64,000 bases of DNA from Alphaproteobacteria bacterium (GCA_965216755.1 CBDCGL010000011.1:4789306-4853305), one strand, 5' to 3'. Positions 41,689-52,427 are shown, counted from the stretch's first letter. The notes: a model not told the origin generated them from the letters alone. Numbers and translations are program-made.

Positions 41689-42840
41689 TCATGAACCACT
41701 TTGTTGCCGAGTAAGGCGCGTGAAATTAAACATCATGGCGCTGCCGTCGCGGGTTCCCGCGCCGAGGAATTCCCCGTCAGGCGACCAAGCCATGGCCGTT
41801 ATCGGCGAACCGCACGAGTGAGCGATAAGGATTTCTCTTGCGTTAATGAAATCCACCAACATCAGGCAACCGTCCGCGAATCCGACCGCGGCCAAATTGT
41901 GTCGGGGATGGCATGACGCCTGTGTGGCCGTGCATCCGCTTCTCACACCCAATCGTGCTGGTCGACACTTGTCCCCGCGCCGCGTATTTGCACCGAACCA
42001 ACACAACAGACCGTCTTCGCCACTGCCTACCAAATGTCGGCCTTGCCACGACCAAGATAGGCTGCAGGCCGTCCCCGAAATCAGTCCGCCATTAAGATTG
42101 CCGCGGTCGTCGATATGCCAACATCGGACAACTTCACCGTTCCCGATTGACGCCAAACGCCGGCTCCCCGGGCTCCAGCACAGATCCCCGATGGGGTCGG
42201 TCGCGCTGTGGTCACAACCGCGACTCCGGAGCTGATCCAGGGGCCAGATCGTAAGTCCACGCGTGTGCATAGCCGCAATCATCCGTCCATTCGGACTGAC
42301 CGCGACATCCGACAGTAATCCACCGCCCGTGCTGAGTGTCGGCTGTACGCGTCCGTCACGATCGACAATCGTCAGACGGTCATCGTGGCCCACGGCCCGC
42401 ATTGTGGCCGCACCACCGCGCGATGTGATCGACAAACACACCTCATTGCCGGCGCTGTCGTACAAGTCCTCCATATAACCGTCGACATCCAGCATGACGG
42501 CACGGCCGTCCGCACCCGTGGTCAAGAAGCCGTTACCCGCCGCATCCCGCCGCAGCCGTTTGATAGGCCCGTCATGAACTTGCGCGGTCACCATTTTGCG
42601 GCCGTCGAATTGCCGGGTCGCGACCAGACGCACACTCCCTCCAGCCGTCGCGAAGGCCGCGTGAGAGGCATCGCAATTGAACGCTGTATCAACGATCGCT
42701 TCACGCAACGCCCAATGCGTCAAGCGGACACCGGGAGGGTTCGCAGGGTGCGGAACCCCCAATTGTAGAACGTCTAAGGCTGTGAACGCATAGCCCATGG
42801 TGAAAATCTGCCGGCATTCCTTCGACAAATTGCCAGACAC
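41689..42840 (-). CDS. WD40-repeat protein
   Basis: Repeated WSPG/WSPDG/VSPNG, TGADG, AGTRDG blades; start uncertain. Confidence 0.75.
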   Translation of the reverse strand: MSGNLSKECRQIFTMGYAFTALDVLQLGVPHPANPPGVRLTHWALREAIVDTAFNCDASHAAFATAGGSVRLVATRQFDGRKMVTAQVHDGPIKRLRRDAAGNGFLTTGADGRAVMLDVDGYMEDLYDSAGNEVCLSITSRGGAATMRAVGHDDRLTIVDRDGRVQPTLSTGGGLLSDVAVSPNGRMIAAMHTRGLTIWPLDQLRSRGCDHSATDPIGDLCWSPGSRRLASIGNGEVVRCWHIDDRGNLNGGLISGTACSLSWSWQGRHLVGSGEDGLLCWFGANTRRGDKCRPARLGVRSGCTATQASCHPRHNLAAVGFADGCLMLVDFINAREILIAHSCGSPITAMAWSPDGEFLGAGTRDGSAMMFNFTRLTRQQSGS

Positions 42841-42870
42841 CTAATCCTGACCAGTATACGGCGCCTGTCG

Positions 42871-44046
42871 TCAGCTTGCACCGCGGACATCGCCGAATCG
42901 CGTCAGACCGGCCGCGAGATCTGCGATGAGGTCGTCAGGATCTTCGAGACCCACATGCAAGCGCAGCGTCGGCCCCGGGTCTGTCCACGGCTTGGCCGTG
43001 CGCGTACAACCCGGATAGGTTGGCACGATTAGGCTTTCGTATCCGCCCCAAGAAAACCCCATCTTGAACAGCTGCATACCATCCAAGAGCGCGTCGACCG
43101 CGGCCTTTGGGCCCGGGGTTAGGACAAGGCCAAACAGACCCGAAGCGCCACTGAAGTCCCGTTTCCATAGCTCGTGGCCGGGGTCGCCCCTTAGCCCTGG
43201 ATGCATGACGCGCGCCACGTCCGGCTGGTCGCGAAGCCACCGGGCGACGCGCAAGCCGCTTTCCATATGCCGTTGCAAACGAACACTTATTGTGCGCAGG
43301 CCCCGTTGCGCCAGATACAAGTCATCGGGTGCTGCCGATGCCGCCAAGTCCGCCGCCGCCGTGCGGACACGGTCGTGGCAAGCCTCGTTGGTCGTAATCA
43401 CACCCATCATGGCGTCAGAGTGGCCGACTATATATTTCGTTGCCGCTTGGATCGAAACGTCGACGCCATGTTCGAACGGCTTGAAAAACAACGGGCTCGC
43501 CCAAGTATTGTCGATAAGCACCACACAATCGGCCGCGTGTGCGCAGGCCGCTATGGCTGGAAGATCCTGGACCTCAAAGGTCTGTGAACCGGGCGACTCG
43601 GTAAATACAACCTTTGTATTCGGGCGTATGAGTGATTCGATCCCACCACCAATGAGCGGATCATAGTACGTTGTTTCGATGCCGAATCTTTGCAGAAATC
43701 CATCGCAGAATGCGCGCGTCGGTGCGTAAGCGCTGTCGACCATAAGCAGGTGATCTCCGGCACGCAGAAAAGCTGTCAAGCCCGCGACGACGGCCGCTTT
43801 TCCCGACGAAACGGCCACTGACCGAAAGCCGCCTTCCAAAGCGGCCACCGCCTCTTCAAACGCAAATGTTGTTGGCGTGCCGTAGCGGCCATAGTAGGTC
43901 ACATCAAATCGCGACTTGCTGTACCGCTCGAGTGTTGCCACGTCCGGAAAGACGATGGTCGAGGCATGGTAAACGGCTGGGTTGACGACGCCGTGGTTTT
44001 CTTCCGGGTCGCGACCTGCTGTGACGACAAGAGTATCTTGCTTCAT
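42871..44046 (-). CDS. metC: Cystathionine beta-lyase
   Basis: YGRYGTPT, ESPGS, DNTW, AATKYIVGHSD, FSWGGYESL. Confidence 0.93.
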   Translation of the reverse strand: MKQDTLVVTAGRDPEENHGVVNPAVYHASTIVFPDVATLERYSKSRFDVTYYGRYGTPTTFAFEEAVAALEGGFRSVAVSSGKAAVVAGLTAFLRAGDHLLMVDSAYAPTRAFCDGFLQRFGIETTYYDPLIGGGIESLIRPNTKVVFTESPGSQTFEVQDLPAIAACAHAADCVVLIDNTWASPLFFKPFEHGVDVSIQAATKYIVGHSDAMMGVITTNEACHDRVRTAAADLAASAAPDDLYLAQRGLRTISVRLQRHMESGLRVARWLRDQPDVARVMHPGLRGDPGHELWKRDFSGASGLFGLVLTPGPKAAVDALLDGMQLFKMGFSWGGYESLIVPTYPGCTRTAKPWTDPGPTLRLHVGLEDPDDLIADLAAGLTRFGDVRGAS

Positions 44047-44196
44047 CGGGTCCTCGAAATCAGGGGATCGCATTGCGGCAATATGTCACAAGGTTGGATG
44101 GGCTGCAGCAGCCGCACGCTTGATGCCGAGGAGGCCGCGATGCTACGGTTGTCGGAAGGTCCTAGATTTTCTCCGAAAGCAAAACGGCGTTTAGGG

Positions 44197-45222
44197 ATGA
44201 TGTCTGTATTGAAGATTATGGCGCTGACCTTCGCGGCGATGTCGGTCTTGCCGTGGACGGCGTTGGCGGGGACGACATTGGATTCGGTGAAAGCAAGGGG
44301 CGAATTGCGTTGCGGGGTCAGTACCGGACTTGCCGGTTTTTCCAATCCGGACAGTGGGGGCCGCTGGCAAGGCTTGGATGTCGATATTTGCCGGGCCATT
44401 GCGGCGGCGATGTTCGGTGATGCCGATAAAGTGTCTTACACGCCGTTGACCGCCGCGCAGAGATTCACTGCGTTGCAATCCGGCGAAATTGACGTTTTGA
44501 GTCGCAACACCACGCTGACGTTGAGCCGTGACGCAAGCTTGGGGCTCGACTTCGGACCGGTGGTGTTTTACGACGGCCAAGGATTCTTGGTGCCGACTGA
44601 TTTGGGCGTGACCAGCGCGCTAGAATTGGATGGCGCAGCGGTCTGTGTGCAGACCGGCACGACCACCGAGCTCAACTTGGCTGATTATTTCCGCGCTAAC
44701 GGTATGAGTTTTGACCCGGTCGTTATTGAGAGCTTTGATGAGGCCAACACGACATTTTTCGCAAACCGCTGCGATGCCTACACGGCCGACCGGTCAGCAT
44801 TGGCTTCGATCCGGTCGGCGATTGCTCCGGTCCCTGCGGACTATGTCCTGTTACCGGAAGTCATTTCGAAAGAACCCTTGGCGCCGGCGTTCCGCCACGG
44901 CGACAATGAGTGGGGCGATGTCGTAACATGGGTGGTCTATGCGCTCGTCGAGGCAGAAGAAAAGGGCATTACCCAAGCCAATGTCGCGCAATTCACCGAC
45001 AGCAATGACCCGGTGATTCGTCGGCTGTTGGGCGTCAACCCGGGCATGGGTGAAGCACTGGGACTGAAAGAAGGCTGGGTTGTCGATGTCATCGGCCAAG
45101 TTGGCAACTACGGCGAGATATTTGCGCGCAACCTTGGGCCCGATACGCCATTAAATTTGGAACGTGGTTTGAATGACCTCTGGAGTCGGGGCGGGCTGAT
45201 GTACGCCATGCCGGCGCGCTGA
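44197..45222 (+). CDS. aapJ: General L-amino acid ABC binding protein
   Basis: RFTALQSGEIDVLSRNTT, ISKEPL, VGNYGE; divergent from metC as in rhizobia. Confidence 0.92.
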   Translation: MMSVLKIMALTFAAMSVLPWTALAGTTLDSVKARGELRCGVSTGLAGFSNPDSGGRWQGLDVDICRAIAAAMFGDADKVSYTPLTAAQRFTALQSGEIDVLSRNTTLTLSRDASLGLDFGPVVFYDGQGFLVPTDLGVTSALELDGAAVCVQTGTTTELNLADYFRANGMSFDPVVIESFDEANTTFFANRCDAYTADRSALASIRSAIAPVPADYVLLPEVISKEPLAPAFRHGDNEWGDVVTWVVYALVEAEEKGITQANVAQFTDSNDPVIRRLLGVNPGMGEALGLKEGWVVDVIGQVGNYGEIFARNLGPDTPLNLERGLNDLWSRGGLMYAMPAR

Positions 45223-45265
45223 TGATTCTTGGCCTCGTGTTCGGGGGTAGGGGCCAGCCGACCTA

Positions 45266-46456
45266 ATGAATGCGACACGCCTCGCTGGGCCGCGCCGCCC
45301 GGGATGGTTGGCGGTGTGGCAAGGTGCGTCGTTCCGGGCCACGGCCTATCAGACCATCGCCGTCATATTGGTTATTGCCGTGCTCGCCTTTTTGGTGGCC
45401 AACGTCACGGACAATTTGGCTACCCGCAACATCGCCAGCGGTTTCGGCTTTCTCGATCGCGAAGCGTCGTTCGCCATCGGCGAATCGATTATTCCCTATC
45501 AACCTTCTGACAACTATGCGCGCGCATTTCTCGTGGGTTTGCTCAACACACTTAAGGTGGCAGCGCTCGGGATCGTCCTGGCGACCATCATTGGCACGGT
45601 CGTCGGCATCGCGCGCCTCTCGCATAACTGGCTGATCGCGCGGTTGGCCCTGATATATGTTGAGACCTTGCGCAACATCCCTTTGCTGTTGCAGCTTTTC
45701 TTTTGGTACGCGCTGATTACCGAACTGATGCCTGGGCCGCGCCAGGCTCTGAACCCATTAACGGGTGTATTCGTTAGCAACCGTGGCATCGAAGTCCCGG
45801 TGCCCGCCGCGCATCCTGTCCATACGTGGATGTTGTTTGGGTTTGCGATCGGATTGGCTCTGGCATGGTTGTGGCGACGCTGGGCCCATGCCCGCCAGGC
45901 CCGAAAGGGCGTTGCCAGCCCAGTGTTGTTGCCGGCCCTGGCAGTAATCTTGGGCCTGCCCCTCTTGGCTTGGCTTGCTGGCGGCGCGCCGACGAATTTG
46001 GACATACCCGCACTGAAAGGATTCAACTTCAGGGGCGGATTTACCCTGAGTCCCGAATTCACCGCGCTGCTTCTCGGCCTGACACTCTATACGGCTTCTT
46101 TCATTGCCGAGATTGTGCGCAGCGGCATCGAGGCGGTTGGCCGTGGGCAAACCGAGGCCGCCTATGCCTTGGGCCTCGACCGCACCCAGACCCTGCGCCT
46201 GGTGATCTTGCCCCAAGCTATGCGGGTCATCATTCCACCGATGACAAGCCAGTATCTAAACCTCACCAAGAATTCGAGCCTCGCAGTTGCCATCGGCTAT
46301 CCGGATTTGGTGTCGATTGCCACGACCTCGATCAACCAAACCGGGCAAGCCATCGAAGGCATCGCACTGATCATGGCTGTATATTTGTTCATCAGCTTGG
46401 CGATTGCGCTCGGCATGAACATCTACAATCGTGCCGTTGCTCTGGTCGAGCGATAG
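45266..46456 (+). CDS. aapQ: Amino acid ABC permease
   Basis: RNIPLLLQL, YLNLTKNSSLAVAIGYPDL. Confidence 0.92.
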   Translation: MNATRLAGPRRPGWLAVWQGASFRATAYQTIAVILVIAVLAFLVANVTDNLATRNIASGFGFLDREASFAIGESIIPYQPSDNYARAFLVGLLNTLKVAALGIVLATIIGTVVGIARLSHNWLIARLALIYVETLRNIPLLLQLFFWYALITELMPGPRQALNPLTGVFVSNRGIEVPVPAAHPVHTWMLFGFAIGLALAWLWRRWAHARQARKGVASPVLLPALAVILGLPLLAWLAGGAPTNLDIPALKGFNFRGGFTLSPEFTALLLGLTLYTASFIAEIVRSGIEAVGRGQTEAAYALGLDRTQTLRLVILPQAMRVIIPPMTSQYLNLTKNSSLAVAIGYPDLVSIATTSINQTGQAIEGIALIMAVYLFISLAIALGMNIYNRAVALVER

Positions 46457-46459
46457 ACA

Positions 46460-47545
46460 ATGGCTGAGACCGCGGAAAACGCCAGGCCAAGTGCGGCGCA
46501 ATCGGGGGCAGTATGGCGATGGGCACGTGCCAATCTGTTCAGTGGTTGGCTGAGCAGTTGTCTAACTGTATTGGCGCTCGCTGCGTTGTTGCTGCTGATT
46601 CCCGATTTAGTTCAATGGGCGACACTGGATGCCACCTGGTCGGGAACGCGAGATGATTGTCGCGCCGGCGCCGGTGCTTGTTGGGCGCTCATTGTCGAAA
46701 AGTACCGGTTCATACTGTTTGGATTTTATCCGCCAGACGAACAATGGCGGCCATTTGCGGCCATTCTTTTGTTGTTTGCCGCGCTTGGCCTCAGTATGTG
46801 GCGGCGCTGCTGGCGGCGTTGGTTGTTTTCTGTCTGGCTATTGGTTTTTGGTGTAATCATATGGCTTCTGTCTGGAGGCTTGTTGGGTCTGACGTTTGTC
46901 CCACTCGAGCAATGGGGTGGCTTGCCCCTCACACTAATTTTGTCTGTGGTGTGTATTCTTGTCGCCTTTCCCTTTTCGGTTTTTTTGGCATTGGGCCGGC
47001 GTAGCTCTCTGCCTGTCATCCGCGCACTGTGTACCGCATATATCGAGCTCATACGCGGCGTTCCACTGATTACTTTGTTGTTTATGGCATCGGTGATGTT
47101 GCCGCTGTTTCTGCCGGAAGGCGTCACGATCAACAAGATTTTGCGGGCCCAGTTGGCGATGATTTTCTTTGCCGCCGCCTACTTGGCCGAAGTCGTGCGG
47201 GGCGGATTGCAGGCGATCCCCCGTGGCCAATATGAAGCCGCCAACGCCCTCGGTCTCGGTTATTGGCAGACGATGCGGTTGGTGATTTTGCCGCAGGCCT
47301 TGGTCACGGTCATTCCGCCAATCGTCAACACCTTTATCGGGATATTCAAGGATACATCCTTGGTGGTCATCATCGGATTATTCGATCTGTTGAGCACAAC
47401 CAAAGCGGCCTTGAGCGATCCGGCGTGGCGGGGCTTTCCCGCCGAAGCCTACCTGTTCGCCGCGGCAATCTATTTCGTATTCTGCTATGGCATGTCGCGC
47501 TATAGCCGGTATTTGGAGACGGTTCTGCGTGTGGGAGCGGCTTGA
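46460..47545 (+). CDS. aapM: Amino acid ABC permease
   Basis: [22 protein letters not shown]. Confidence 0.92.
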   Translation: MAETAENARPSAAQSGAVWRWARANLFSGWLSSCLTVLALAALLLLIPDLVQWATLDATWSGTRDDCRAGAGACWALIVEKYRFILFGFYPPDEQWRPFAAILLLFAALGLSMWRRCWRRWLFSVWLLVFGVIIWLLSGGLLGLTFVPLEQWGGLPLTLILSVVCILVAFPFSVFLALGRRSSLPVIRALCTAYIELIRGVPLITLLFMASVMLPLFLPEGVTINKILRAQLAMIFFAAAYLAEVVRGGLQAIPRGQYEAANALGLGYWQTMRLVILPQALVTVIPPIVNTFIGIFKDTSLVVIIGLFDLLSTTKAALSDPAWRGFPAEAYLFAAAIYFVFCYGMSRYSRYLETVLRVGAA

Positions 47546-48291
47546 TGACCGATCATGAGCCGATGATTGCGCTGGTCGACGTACACAAATGGTTCGGCGC
47601 GTTTCAGGCTTTGAAGGGTGTAAGTCTAAATGTCGCATCGGGCGAGAAAGTCGTGGTGTGCGGACCGTCGGGCAGCGGCAAGTCGACCATGATTCGTTGC
47701 ATCAACCGGCTCGAGAGACACGAACAAGGCCAGATCATCGTCGATGGGATCACGCTGACCGACAATCTCAAGAATATCGATGCGGTCCGGTCCGAAGTCG
47801 GCATGGTCTTTCAGCATTTTAATCTGTTTCCTCATCTGACGGTTTTGGAGAATCTGACCTTGGCGCCGGTGTGGGTGCGCCGCTTGCCGAAATCGGAAGC
47901 GGCGGGGTCGGCCATGGAGTATCTGGAACGAGTGGGTATCCCCGAGCAAGCCGACAAATATCCAGGCCAACTGTCGGGTGGCCAGCAACAGCGCGTCGCC
48001 ATCGCACGAGCATTGTGCATGCGGCCGAAGGTCATGCTGTTCGACGAACCGACCTCAGCCCTCGATCCCGAAATGATCAAGGAAGTCTTGGACGTGATGG
48101 TCGAATTGGCCTCGCAGGGCATGACGATGCTTTGTGTGACACACGAAATGGGCTTTGCCCGCGAAGTCGCTGATCAAATTGTCTTTATGGACGGTGGCGA
48201 GATTGTTGAAGCGGCGTCGCCGGCAGACTTCTTTTCTAATCCACGCGAAGAACGTACCCGCCTTTTCCTGAGCCAGATCCTGACGCATTAG
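47545..48291 (+). CDS. aapP: Amino acid ABC ATPase
   Basis: [28 protein letters not shown]. Confidence 0.93.
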   Translation: MTDHEPMIALVDVHKWFGAFQALKGVSLNVASGEKVVVCGPSGSGKSTMIRCINRLERHEQGQIIVDGITLTDNLKNIDAVRSEVGMVFQHFNLFPHLTVLENLTLAPVWVRRLPKSEAAGSAMEYLERVGIPEQADKYPGQLSGGQQQRVAIARALCMRPKVMLFDEPTSALDPEMIKEVLDVMVELASQGMTMLCVTHEMGFAREVADQIVFMDGGEIVEAASPADFFSNPREERTRLFLSQILTH

Positions 48292-48315
48292 ATAGCCGTA
48301 TTATTCTTGCCATCT

Positions 48316-48420
48316 CCACATGCTGACCACATTGCGGCCACAGAACCGCCACCTTTGTTAGGTATGATCAAGATATTCCGTTGTGGTGCACGCGTTCAGC
48401 ACCCGTTCAGCACCCGTCAG
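48316..48420. repeat. Two arrays of 11-bp-phased direct repeats
   Basis: CCAC at 48316/48327/48338/48349; CGTTCAGCACC twice plus a partial copy from 48393. Confidence 0.7.
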
Positions 48421-48492
48421 TGCTTTATGCGAAACAAACTAATCATGAAACCTTGAGATCACGCAAAAGAACGCTTATTCATCAATTTGTAG

Positions 48493-48521
48493 TTGAAAAA
48501 GTGTTGTGGCTAGTGTATAGT
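48493..48521 (+). promoter_or_regulatory. Sigma70-like promoter
   Basis: TTGAAA-N17-TATAGT 36 bp before the ATG at 48558. Confidence 0.55.
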
Positions 48522-48557
48522 TGGTTATGCTAAATTACGGTATTAGGGAATTGCGAT

Positions 48558-50126
48558 ATGGGCGGGCGCCGACAAGGGATAAATCAGCGAAAGTCCCACG
48601 GTTTAGGTAGGCAACTGTCGAATTCGCAAGAGATTGAGAGGGCGATTCGGGAAGCAATATCTGAGGTCAATGCGGCGTTAACGCTATCATCAACACAATT
48701 GACGACACGGCCCCACGCACAAGATTCCTTACAGGATTCGGTCGATCGGCAGTTTCACTCCGACACAAGTGTGCGCAATTTCTTTGAGCCGGTCGATCAA
48801 CCAAGGCAACGACAAACGCCAATTGTGGGTCCAAATCCGCCTTTGGGGCCTCCGTCGGTGGAGCAACGACAAATTATGGCTGGGGTCCTGTTGGGTCTGT
48901 ACCCGGAACCGCCCATCAGCGCGCCGCCGATACCCGGAAATGGGTTAGCATCCGTAAACACGTCACAGACGCCGGCATTTCCATTTGTTCCGAGTTTGCC
49001 TGTACATGGCCTTCCTGAGCCTACCTCGCAATGGCCCGCCGGTTTCGGTCGTGTGGCTCAGCCTTTCGGTGTTAACACGATAGAGGAACCAGTTCCGCCA
49101 GTAGCTTTGGATCGTCCCCGCATCAGGAGCCAAACTGAGCATGAGGGCGCATCCGTGGCTTCTCAAGATCTTTTGAAAGGCGGCTTGGATCCCGCCCCGT
49201 TACCGTCACTATATGACCATCAGAGGGCCTCCTCGGCCAGGACATTTGAACGACCACCTCTTCATCCGATTACAGATTGGACTCGGGAAAACGTGATCAC
49301 GGGCAGACATCGACGCTTCATTGACGTGGCCGATAGTGGTCCGCGGCCGTCCGTGATTACATTTACCGGCGTCGACGTATTGGCATTCCTCAATCTAGGA
49401 AAGCCATACGTTCATAAGTTCAAGGACTACTACGTCAACACCATGCGGGAGCCAATTCGGCGGGCGGCCAAAATCTTCGACTTGCCTGCAGAGCTCCTCG
49501 CCGGAACGGCCCACAATGAAGTTGGGGGCGATGATCCAGCCAAGAGAAGTGTGCTTATTAGTCGCCAGGTGCTCGATCACCGTGTCGAAGGGGAGCGCTT
49601 GGGAGATATTGCGGCACGAACACGTCTTCGAGATCTACCTTTGTTCGAAGATCTGAACGTTTCGCCGAACAAAACATCGGTTCCGCCAATGTCGGTGCAA
49701 ATAAGAAGAGCCGCTGAAACGCTTGGATACGATCCGGCAAATCTTTCTAGATCCGAAATTGAAGCGATTGCCGATACTCTTCAAGACCCTGTGATTGCGA
49801 CGTACATAGCAGCGGCGCATCTTAGCGAACTCCGCGATCAAGATTTTCCAGGTGTTCGCGGTTGGGAACTGACCGATGACCAGATTCGGATTATTGGAGC
49901 ACGCTACAATCACGGCCCGGACAAATCGCATGCAGATCTGAGACAGGATTTGAGCTACGGCAATATCATTCTTCGCCGTTGGAATGAACTTAGCCTCTTA
50001 CTTTCAGACAATGTTCATGTCCCACGACCCAATCCCCTTGTTGAGCTGACAAAAGGGAATATTGTGGGACCGATTCGGGACAGTATGAGCGATCTAAGGG
50101 ATGAGATACGTGCTTCTGGCCAATAG
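48558..50126 (+). CDS. Hypothetical protein: Pro/Gln-rich N-terminus plus putative lysozyme/SLT-like C-terminal domain
   Basis: IRRAAKIFDLPAELLAGTAHNEVGG (catalytic Glu position), MSVQIRRA, DPVIATYIAAAHL, ARYNHG, SYG. Confidence 0.6.
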   Translation: MGGRRQGINQRKSHGLGRQLSNSQEIERAIREAISEVNAALTLSSTQLTTRPHAQDSLQDSVDRQFHSDTSVRNFFEPVDQPRQRQTPIVGPNPPLGPPSVEQRQIMAGVLLGLYPEPPISAPPIPGNGLASVNTSQTPAFPFVPSLPVHGLPEPTSQWPAGFGRVAQPFGVNTIEEPVPPVALDRPRIRSQTEHEGASVASQDLLKGGLDPAPLPSLYDHQRASSARTFERPPLHPITDWTRENVITGRHRRFIDVADSGPRPSVITFTGVDVLAFLNLGKPYVHKFKDYYVNTMREPIRRAAKIFDLPAELLAGTAHNEVGGDDPAKRSVLISRQVLDHRVEGERLGDIAARTRLRDLPLFEDLNVSPNKTSVPPMSVQIRRAAETLGYDPANLSRSEIEAIADTLQDPVIATYIAAAHLSELRDQDFPGVRGWELTDDQIRIIGARYNHGPDKSHADLRQDLSYGNIILRRWNELSLLLSDNVHVPRPNPLVELTKGNIVGPIRDSMSDLRDEIRASGQ

Positions 50127-50132
50127 AAGATG

Positions 50133-50152
50133 TGGTGACCCACACGGGGTTC
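50133..50152 (-). other. tRNA-Glu-like 3'-end fragment (att-site relic)
   Basis: Reverse complement GAAC-CCCGT-GTGGGTC-A-CCA has the T-loop end/T-stem/acceptor/discriminator/CCA geometry; rest of the tRNA is absent. Confidence 0.55.
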
Positions 50153-50351
50153 CCTTCCGATATCAAGTATTCAATGAATTCGGCTGTTTGACGGACTAAC
50201 GGCTAATCGGGAACGCGCGGGTACATGTCAGACCGCGTCTCTATGATATGGCGCGATACTGTGTAAGGAACAAGCGCGACCCATGCAAATGGCCACCTTG
50301 AAACATGATATGACTAGTAGCGTCCAATGTCGGTTTGATTGAACTGGAACC

Positions 50352-50753
50352 ATGGATCACTCAGATCAACCGTCCGCTGGATTTGCTATTGCAGGTCTGT
50401 TTCTTGGGGTATTTCAGTTTATTGCTTGTATGACATTAATTATGGGTGTGGGGTATCCCGTTGACGCATATGAAGGAACAGGCATCTATGACTGTGAGAG
50501 TCCGGGATTGGCTAAGGGATTTACGGGCTTGGCCGAGGTTTTTGCTTTCGGCGTGTTCGCCTTTCAATCTGTGATACTGATTTTTCTTGTTCTCAAAAAG
50601 CGACGATTTCATCTGTTGTTCGTCACGTCTGTGTTATTCACCGTACTTTCAGTTAAATCAATTGAGGCCAAAAAAACTGAAGTAAACATCGCATTGGAGC
50701 GTATCGAAGCGCCGCATTCGCCATGTCACAGTTGGTGGGAATACAATCGGTGA
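50352..50753 (+). CDS. Small 3-TM membrane protein
   Basis: Three hydrophobic segments, loop with DCESP, second Cys near the C-terminus; AT-richer. Confidence 0.65.
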   Translation: MDHSDQPSAGFAIAGLFLGVFQFIACMTLIMGVGYPVDAYEGTGIYDCESPGLAKGFTGLAEVFAFGVFAFQSVILIFLVLKKRRFHLLFVTSVLFTVLSVKSIEAKKTEVNIALERIEAPHSPCHSWWEYNR

Positions 50754-50832
50754 ATAGGGGCGCCCTGCATCGCGGCCCGCTTGAAGCGGTGCTGTCTATC
50801 CGGAATCGCCGGCAAACATAATGGTGAGCGCC

Positions 50833-51711
50833 CTATGTATCAATTGGCGTGTCGGCACGGCCGCCCCATTCGGTCCATGAGCCGTCATAGACCGCAACGT
50901 CCGTGGTACCCGCGAGATAGAGCCCCAAAGCCAAATTGCATGCTGTTACACCCGATCCGCAAGATGTGACGATCGGTTTATTGCGGTCTATGCCGGATGC
51001 GTCATAAAGCGCCGCCAAAGCATCGGCCTGTTTGAGCGTTTTGGGGGCACCCTGATACAGCGACAGAAAAGGCAAATTGAAACTGCCGGGGATGTGGCCG
51101 CCGCGCAGCCCAGCGCGAGGCTCGGGTTCGGTGCCGTTGAACCGGCCGGCCGCACGGGCATCCAGCACTTGCTCACGTTGAGAGTTTACGTTGGCCAAGA
51201 TGTCGCCCGCTGATCGGACCAACGACGGTTCAAAGCGGGCGACAAATGTTTCCGAGGCCACGTCAACTTGGCCGGCCTCGGTTGGTCGGCCTTCCGCAAG
51301 CCATTTCGGCAATCCGCCATCAAGAACTGAGACCCGGTCATGGCCGAAAACGCGAAACGTCCACCAGACGCGTGCCGCACTGCCGACGCCGGTCGCGTCA
51401 TAAGCGATGATGTGGTGGTGATTGGCGATCCCCAGCGCGCCAACTCGTTTGGCAAAGAGTTCGGCGGTCGGCAACATATGCGGTAGATCGGAGCTTTGAT
51501 CTGCGATCGCGTCAATGTCAAAGAACCGTGCGCCCGGGATGTGCTGGTCTGCAAACTCGGCCTTGGGATCGCGGTTGAGCTGCGGCATGTGCCACGATCC
51601 ATCGACGATCCGAACCGTCTCGTGCGTTAGGTTGTCGGCCAACCAATCGGTCGAAACCAAAGCTGGGGTATCTGTTTCAGTCATGGGCAACGGTATCCAC
51701 AAATCAGTCAC
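50833..51711 (-). CDS. sseA: 3-mercaptopyruvate sulfurtransferase
   Basis: HIPGARFFD, GHIPGS, active loop CGSGVTA, YDGSWTEW. Confidence 0.93.
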   Translation of the reverse strand: MTDLWIPLPMTETDTPALVSTDWLADNLTHETVRIVDGSWHMPQLNRDPKAEFADQHIPGARFFDIDAIADQSSDLPHMLPTAELFAKRVGALGIANHHHIIAYDATGVGSAARVWWTFRVFGHDRVSVLDGGLPKWLAEGRPTEAGQVDVASETFVARFEPSLVRSAGDILANVNSQREQVLDARAAGRFNGTEPEPRAGLRGGHIPGSFNLPFLSLYQGAPKTLKQADALAALYDASGIDRNKPIVTSCGSGVTACNLALGLYLAGTTDVAVYDGSWTEWGGRADTPIDT

Positions 51712-52427
51712 GTCATGTCTTCTTGAAACACAATCGTAATGCGGCGATTTTGTCGGCCCTTGTTTTCGATCTTGCGCACGACCACCGCCCCGATCTCGCT
51801 GGTGCGCGCAACGTGCGTGCCGCCACAGGCTTGTAGGTCGACCCCGGCGATATCGATCAAACGCACCTTTCCCTGGCCGCGAGGGGGCGCCACGGACATG
51901 GTTTTCACCAAGGCGGGGTTCTGTGCGAGCTCGTCATCGGTCACCCAACGTGGCGCTATCGGCGTGTCGGTTTCCACCAGCTTGTTCAGTGCGTCGGTGA
52001 GGGCAACCTTATCCAAGCCGGCGCCATCAATATCGAAATCCAACCGCCCTTTCTCCGGATGAACTTGGCCGCCGGTCACGGCACCGTCAACCAAGGCGCT
52101 GAGCAAATGAAGGCACGAATGCATGCGCATGAGCCGATAACGACGGTTCCAATCAATCTCAGCCGTCACTCTTGCGCCTGGTTCCGGCAAACCCGCGCCA
52201 TCTCCGGGAATATGGAGAATGCCATCTCCGTCTGGCGCCTTGATCGTGTCGGTGATCGGGATCTCGCGCCCGTCTTTCAGGCGCAAACCTCCGCTGTCAC
52301 CGGCTTGCCCCCCGCCACGCGCGTAAAAAACCGTGCGGTCCAGTTGAATGCCAGTTTCATCCGCGGCCGTCACCAAGGCCTCGCAAGTCTTTTCGTAGGG
52401 ATCGTCGCGAAACAATAGCGCGGTCAT
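51708..52427 (-). CDS. alaX: Freestanding alanyl-tRNA editing protein AlaX
   Basis: TVFYARGGGQ, RMHSCLH, QACGGTH; ATGA coupling to the upstream gene. Confidence 0.92.
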   Translation of the reverse strand: MTALLFRDDPYEKTCEALVTAADETGIQLDRTVFYARGGGQAGDSGGLRLKDGREIPITDTIKAPDGDGILHIPGDGAGLPEPGARVTAEIDWNRRYRLMRMHSCLHLLSALVDGAVTGGQVHPEKGRLDFDIDGAGLDKVALTDALNKLVETDTPIAPRWVTDDELAQNPALVKTMSVAPPRGQGKVRLIDIAGVDLQACGGTHVARTSEIGAVVVRKIENKGRQNRRITIVFQEDMT

